DNA of 64,000 nucleotides from Simkaniaceae bacterium (GTDB lineage Bacteria; Chlamydiota; Chlamydiia; Chlamydiales; Simkaniaceae): NCBI GenBank assembly GCA_050248615.1, contig JBFWSA010000002.1, positions 1 to 64,000 of the forward strand, read 5' to 3'. Shown piece by piece: positions 58,734 to 64,000 of this stretch (position 1 is its first letter; each line of letters starts with the position of its first letter). The notes under the pieces were generated by a model. It saw only the letters and a program-made list of their open reading frames with translations, ran no database searches and was not told where the DNA came from. The position numbers and the translations under genes were made by a program.

Positions 58734-61700
58734 CTAAGGAAGAGCCTTCGTAATAGTGGGGATCATGCTTGAAGGAATGGGATCCTTTCCTCCATTTGCC
58801 ACCTCTGCAGCTTCAATATAGTTAAGGGTTGTTGCTGCATTACCACTATCATGCCAAGGATAGGCTTTTGAGTTTTTTTGATTCTCTCCTTGATACCAAT
58901 CGAGTATTCCTTTCGCAAAGTTTGGGCTATAACGGGCAACCATTGGTAATATCGTTGGAATAATCGAGGAAATTCCTGCTCGTTTGGTAGGGTCAGCCCA
59001 GTCCTGCTCTTGAAACATCGGACTGTTTTTTAACTCACTCCAAGTGGGTGGAGTGGTTGTAAAAACCCCTGGAAACAGGGTATCTACTACCTTTTGGGCT
59101 GTGAGTGGATCGATAGCAGTTGGCAAAGTATTGATTCCCTGCATACATGCAGCACCTAAGGGAAGAAGGGCCGGATCTTTTCCTGGGCCCCACCAAGTGG
59201 CTGAAGTTTTTTTTCTGACAAAGGAGATGTTTGAAAGAGCAATCTCTTTGCCATATTCTTGCATCTCTGCACTTGCGAGGGGATCTTGATAAATCGAACC
59301 TGCATAAGCAGGGTCTCTAAACATTTGTGAAGATCTCACAGTTTCTATGGCATGATTCAACTGATAATCGCGATCTGCTGTATAAGAGTTTTTTAATGTA
59401 GGGTCAGTGGCTCCAGTAGCTTGCTGGCTAAACCACTGCGCAGCTCCTTGATTAAAGTTCAGAGCTTCCGCTGTAGATTCTAGGTCTTGCCCATCAGCGG
59501 TGGGAAGATTCCATCCATGGCTCTTAAATTCATGTGTATCGTTATCTAATTGACTTCCCGCTGTAAACATACCAGATGCTGAGTTCCCCGGGCGAACATC
59601 AACTTCATTGATGAGGGCATCAATGAGGCGTGAGCGATACTGAGGCTGGTCAATAGATCCTTTTGTCTGTATATCCCATACTTCTGGGGTTGTTGCTTGA
59701 GGAGTTTCAAAAAAACTGGGATCAACTTGCCGGATATTAGCTGCCGCTTGAATCACATATCCATTCGTAAATTGAATATCTTGTCCAAGATTATTATAAA
59801 AGTTCCCTGCACCATCAACTGCTCCAAATTTTGAAACAAGAAGGTGGTGCTTTGGATCCCATCCATAGGATTCCAACATATCAGACATTTTTGTTTCAGC
59901 AGCTTGGATAAATATCTGCTCTGTTTGCTGCAATTGACTCAGTTGCTCAGGAGAAAGCATTAATTTCCCAGAAGAAGCTAGATCTAAAAGTTTCTGGGCT
60001 TCACGTGCTGTATAGGAGTCGGTTTGCATCTCTTGAGCAAAAGCATAATCATTGATTTCCATAATGGGGTTTGGTTTTAGTGTGGGATTTGTGAGAGCTC
60101 CAACCATTGCATTTAACTGATCTGTAGAGGCCTGATCCATCCAGTCTACAGCTGCTGTTGGCCGATTATTGCTATCACATAGACCATAGTTATTGCTATC
60201 TTTGTACTGTATGGTCGCAGAATAGGTCCCATCTTTATTTTGCGTGGGAGCAAGTGCAACGATCCGTTCGACCCCATTCATCGTTTGATAATAGGGCATT
60301 CCATTTTCATAGTCTTGGAGTGTTGGTTTTTGGGGAGAATCCATATTCTTATAATTATTATAGAGCTGTCCGATATAGGCTTGATTGGAAGCTCCAGGGA
60401 AATCCATAGAATAAAAAGTATAGGTTGTGGAATACGTTGCTTGACCATTTTGCATTGCGGTCTTTCCAACATCACTACTAAGTGGAATGTATCGCACTCC
60501 TTGATCTATTCCTAGGCCAAAAGTTTGAGCTAAAGGATCTTTTCCTCCCGCTTTCAACTGCGTCACAGTTGCAGCTGATATTTTAGCAACAACAGTGACT
60601 TCCTTTCCTTGACCCATTGTGCCTACTAATTCATTTACATTTCCTTCTGGGACCTTAACAGTTGCAGAGTAATAGTTAAGAGGGGTAGGTAGTTGGGGAT
60701 CCAGTTTCCGTGCATCACTTTCTGTGATGTATTGCCCCTGTTGCGCAGGAGGAATTTGCCCATCAGGAACGATGATTTTCGTTGTAGAGCTTTTTAAAGT
60801 AAATGCCTGAGGGGTGTCTGTGTAAATGCTATAATATTCTAAGGCGCCATTGGCATCTGTGACTGCTACACGAAAAAGCTGTCCCTTGGGTGTTGTTCCT
60901 GATGTTGTACTCCCTTCAGAAACCCACTGACCTCCTGCATTCGCATAAACCGTGACTCCTACAATTGTTCCGCAATGAAAGTTGACGGTTGGGGCGGTGT
61001 TTTCTGTAAAAACGGGCATGTAGGGAGAGTTTTTAACAATCGGGATCGTTACACTACTTCCATCCCCATTTTTCTGCTGGTAAACAACAGAGTTTTGCCC
61101 TGTTGGAGTCAGTGTTCCGAGGGGATTCATGGGCCCATTCGTCCCAAGAGGAGAAGAGGCTCCTCCAATTTCTGTATCTATTGTGCTTCCCGCTTGATAG
61201 GATAGAGTACGTCCGTCCCAATTCACCTTAGGATCATCCCTATCGATTTGAAAAGCTTCTGAATTCTCAAAAACAATCCCAGTCCCCGTATTTCCTATGT
61301 TATAGATCCCTTGATTGCCTTTTGGATTTAAGTTTCCTTGGGGAATAGAAGCTAAAACATACACTGTATCTCCAACCTCTAAGGTTCCATTTTCTAAAAA
61401 ATGGTTATCATTTTCCCCTTTCTGTTCATGTTTGTCTTGATGTTCAATATTGGATCCATAGGTAGGGAACAGTTCAGGATACCGCTTATAATAAGCTTCG
61501 ATACTATCGATGGACATTGAAGGGGGGGTAAAAGAAGGAGGTGTTCCTTTAGGTGTCACTGTAATGGCTAAACTATGGGCAGTGGCATTTCCTAGAATTT
61601 GCCACCATGAAGACAACGGGGCATTTTCAGAGCTAGGGATCGAAGGCTGAAATGTTAATGCACCCTTATCTTGAGGAAATAGAGAAATGGGTGTGGAGTA

Positions 61701-62459
61701 GTTGATGCTCTTATAGGGATCCATCTGATCCATTCCCGGATTGTCAATAGAGACAGGATTTAGGGGATCATGGTCTTGGATGAGCTTAGGTAACTGGCTG
61801 ATCTGCTGCAAATTTGGAGGGGGAAACCCAAGCTTACTGGCAAATTCTTGTAAAAAGACCTGGGCTTCGGTAGGACTTAAGCTAGAAACTTCATTTCTAA
61901 ACTCTGTTTTTTGTTCTTCTGACATAATGGTGTCAGGAAGGGGATCAACTTGGTGTGAAATGCCAACCAAAAGAGCTTGAATACTCGTGGGAATATTTTC
62001 TTGCATTCCTTTTAGTGCTGCGCCAAAACCTGATTGGATTCCTCCAACATCCCCTCGCGTAACACCACCTGAAGAAACCCCGAAATGCCAATGGTAATCT
62101 ATCCCTTCTTTTTGCAATTGCCCCGCAGTTAAATATTGCTGTAAAGCGGCATCAAACCCCTGGCGATCTGCGTCCATATTTTCTTGAAATGCATTAATCC
62201 CATTTTCAATATTTGTCTTTAAATTTGCCGTATTTTCTCCCCCTGTTTGTTTATCCCACTCCTGATAATCACTATAAATAGTATCAGCAAGAGCAGAGGG
62301 TTCCACGGTAGATACTTTTCCACTAGGGATTGTTTCAAAGGCACCTAAGAGCTCATTCATGAACGTATAAAGTGCAACAGATCGGTTAGATTGACTGACG
62401 TTTGATGCGTGATTTTCTGTAAATAAAGAAGGTCGGTTTTCCTGAATAGAATAGCCCAT
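58734..62459 (-). CDS. Large protein with divergent GH81 endo-beta-1,3-glucanase-like C-terminal region
   Basis: VKNSPYM, QDIQFTNGYVIQAAA, SHGW..PTADGQDLESTAEALN, TWWG and QGINTLP occur in the order of the GH81 motifs. Confidence 0.65.
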   Translation of the reverse strand: MGYSIQENRPSLFTENHASNVSQSNRSVALYTFMNELLGAFETIPSGKVSTVEPSALADTIYSDYQEWDKQTGGENTANLKTNIENGINAFQENMDADRQGFDAALQQYLTAGQLQKEGIDYHWHFGVSSGGVTRGDVGGIQSGFGAALKGMQENIPTSIQALLVGISHQVDPLPDTIMSEEQKTEFRNEVSSLSPTEAQVFLQEFASKLGFPPPNLQQISQLPKLIQDHDPLNPVSIDNPGMDQMDPYKSINYSTPISLFPQDKGALTFQPSIPSSENAPLSSWWQILGNATAHSLAITVTPKGTPPSFTPPSMSIDSIEAYYKRYPELFPTYGSNIEHQDKHEQKGENDNHFLENGTLEVGDTVYVLASIPQGNLNPKGNQGIYNIGNTGTGIVFENSEAFQIDRDDPKVNWDGRTLSYQAGSTIDTEIGGASSPLGTNGPMNPLGTLTPTGQNSVVYQQKNGDGSSVTIPIVKNSPYMPVFTENTAPTVNFHCGTIVGVTVYANAGGQWVSEGSTTSGTTPKGQLFRVAVTDANGALEYYSIYTDTPQAFTLKSSTTKIIVPDGQIPPAQQGQYITESDARKLDPQLPTPLNYYSATVKVPEGNVNELVGTMGQGKEVTVVAKISAATVTQLKAGGKDPLAQTFGLGIDQGVRYIPLSSDVGKTAMQNGQATYSTTYTFYSMDFPGASNQAYIGQLYNNYKNMDSPQKPTLQDYENGMPYYQTMNGVERIVALAPTQNKDGTYSATIQYKDSNNYGLCDSNNRPTAAVDWMDQASTDQLNAMVGALTNPTLKPNPIMEINDYAFAQEMQTDSYTAREAQKLLDLASSGKLMLSPEQLSQLQQTEQIFIQAAETKMSDMLESYGWDPKHHLLVSKFGAVDGAGNFYNNLGQDIQFTNGYVIQAAANIRQVDPSFFETPQATTPEVWDIQTKGSIDQPQYRSRLIDALINEVDVRPGNSASGMFTAGSQLDNDTHEFKSHGWNLPTADGQDLESTAEALNFNQGAAQWFSQQATGATDPTLKNSYTADRDYQLNHAIETVRSSQMFRDPAYAGSIYQDPLASAEMQEYGKEIALSNISFVRKKTSATWWGPGKDPALLPLGAACMQGINTLPTAIDPLTAQKVVDTLFPGVFTTTPPTWSELKNSPMFQEQDWADPTKRAGISSIIPTILPMVARYSPNFAKGILDWYQGENQKNSKAYPWHDSGNAATTLNYIEAAEVANGGKDPIPSSMIPTITKALP

Positions 62460-62603
62460 AAAATAACCCCTATTTGGGGGACTATTGCGTACTAGAAAGT
62501 CATCGTCAAATAACCTTTTCGTTGCAACAATCCTTTGTGCAAAATGATCTCAAACAAGAAATAATTTTAGAGCATCGTGCTTTTTATTTATACCTTTTAG
62601 GGG

Positions 62604-64000
62604 TTAAAGGGGATTGTCTTCCAAAAGCTGGAGATCTTCGTAGTATTTCTTGAGATCTCGGAAACGGGCGGCATCTTCGAAGCGCAGCTCTTTGGCAGCT
62701 TGTTTCATCTCTTGGGTGCACTCTTCGATTTTGTTTCGAATCTCTTTAGGATCAAAGGTGGGTTTGGCCTCTTTTTCTTCTTTGACTTTATATTCTGGGA
62801 AGGCGGTGGTTAAGTCTTCAAGGATCTCTTTGGTGATGGTTTGGGGAACAATCCCCTCTTTTTTATTGTATGCTTCTTGAACTTTGCGCCTTTCTTGAGT
62901 GATACGAAGGGTGTTTGCGATAGATTTGGTCTCTTTATCGGCGTACATGATCACCCGCCCAGCACTATTACGCGCTGCCCGCCCGCAGGTTTGGATAAGG
63001 GCGGTTTCACTACGCAAAAATCCCTCTTTATCGGCATCTAAAATCGCAACGAGGGAAACTTCGGGAATGTCAAGCCCCTCTCGCAAAAGGTTAATCCCTA
63101 CGAGGACATCAAATACGCCACGACGGAGATCTTTGATGATCTCTACACGCTCTAAGGTATCGATATCGGAGTGGAGGTATTTGGCTTTAACGCCGATTTC
63201 TGTGAGGTATTTACTGAGGTCTTCAGAAAGTTTTTTGGTGAGGGTGGTGACAAGAATGCGCCCCCCTTTTTCAGCTTCAATACGGATTTCATCCAAGCAG
63301 TCATCCACTTGATTAGAGGCGGGGCGCACTTCAATGATCGGATCGATTAAGCCTGTGGGACGGATAATTTGTTGAACAACATCGCCTTCGGCTTCATTGA
63401 TTTCCCAAGGACCCGGGGTGGCCGAAACATAAACGACTTGGCGGATATGGTGGTGGAATTCTTCAAATGTCAAAGGGCGGTTATCATAAGCGGAAGGGAG
63501 ACGAAAACCAAAGTCAACAAGAGCTTGTTTACGCGCCCGATCTCCATTATGCATGGCATGAATTTGTGGAAGTGTCTGGTGGGATTCATCTACAAAAAGG
63601 AGATAGTCTTTAGGAAAGTAGTCGAGAAGACAAGCGGGGGGCTCCCCAGCATTTCTTTTTCCAAAATGGCGCGAATAGTTTTCTACTCCCTTGCAATAAC
63701 CGATCTCTTTGATCATTTCGAGATCGTATTTGGTGCGCTGGGCAATGCGTTGTTTTTCTACAAGGAGGTTTTCCCTATCAAAATAAGCGATCCGTTCTTT
63801 GAGCTCTTCTTTGATCGTTTCTATAGCGCTTAGTCGAACCTCTTCGGGGGTCACATGGTGAGAACCTGGATAAATGGAAACGGCTTTTACCCGTCTTTTC
63901 ACGCGACCGGTTAAAGGGTCTATTTCGCTAATACGCTCGACTTCATCCCCAAAAAATTCGATCCGAAAAGCGAGATCGTCTTCGTAAGCGGGAACAATTT
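62604..64000 (-). CDS. uvrB: Excinuclease ABC subunit B (5' end outside window)
   Basis: GVENYSRH, DESH, VSATPG, RPTGL, GINLLREGLD and QTCGRAAR motifs, UVR tail; frame open to the window edge. Confidence 0.98.
   Translation of the reverse strand, partial: IVPAYEDDLAFRIEFFGDEVERISEIDPLTGRVKRRVKAVSIYPGSHHVTPEEVRLSAIETIKEELKERIAYFDRENLLVEKQRIAQRTKYDLEMIKEIGYCKGVENYSRHFGKRNAGEPPACLLDYFPKDYLLFVDESHQTLPQIHAMHNGDRARKQALVDFGFRLPSAYDNRPLTFEEFHHHIRQVVYVSATPGPWEINEAEGDVVQQIIRPTGLIDPIIEVRPASNQVDDCLDEIRIEAEKGGRILVTTLTKKLSEDLSKYLTEIGVKAKYLHSDIDTLERVEIIKDLRRGVFDVLVGINLLREGLDIPEVSLVAILDADKEGFLRSETALIQTCGRAARNSAGRVIMYADKETKSIANTLRITQERRKVQEAYNKKEGIVPQTITKEILEDLTTAFPEYKVKEEKEAKPTFDPKEIRNKIEECTQEMKQAAKELRFEDAARFRDLKKYYEDLQLLEDNPL

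Overview
Chromosomal window from an environmental chlamydia (Chlamydiota, probably Simkaniaceae-like), inferred from the TopA-SWIB fusion and the ahpC-groEL-namZ-uvrD-rpoN gene order. The backbone carries ahpC, tRNA-Arg(ACG), groEL, a groES with a nonsense codon, namZ, putA, uvrD, rpoN, topA and a partial uvrB. Five accessory blocks stand out. (1) A 12 kb tandem array of seven paralogues (11609-23776) shares an Inc-like hydrophobic N-terminal module; two members carry a ~60-aa repeat with a hypervariable loop that I do not recognise. (2) At least five families of ~160-165 bp palindromic MITE/RPE-like elements occur, including a triple nest that rewrote the rpoN 3' end and one sitting in a cupin gene. 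(3) There are two glycosyltransferase clusters. (4) An AT-rich island (~47.0-58.6 kb) encodes GT4, radical SAM/SPASM, WG-repeat O-methyltransferase, His-phosphatase, epimerase, amidotransferase and ABC exporter, next to an orphan TPP E1 alpha/beta pair. (5) Two probably exported glycoside-hydrolase-like proteins are present, one a 1241-aa divergent GH81. All calls come from reading motifs by eye; no database searches or computations were run.
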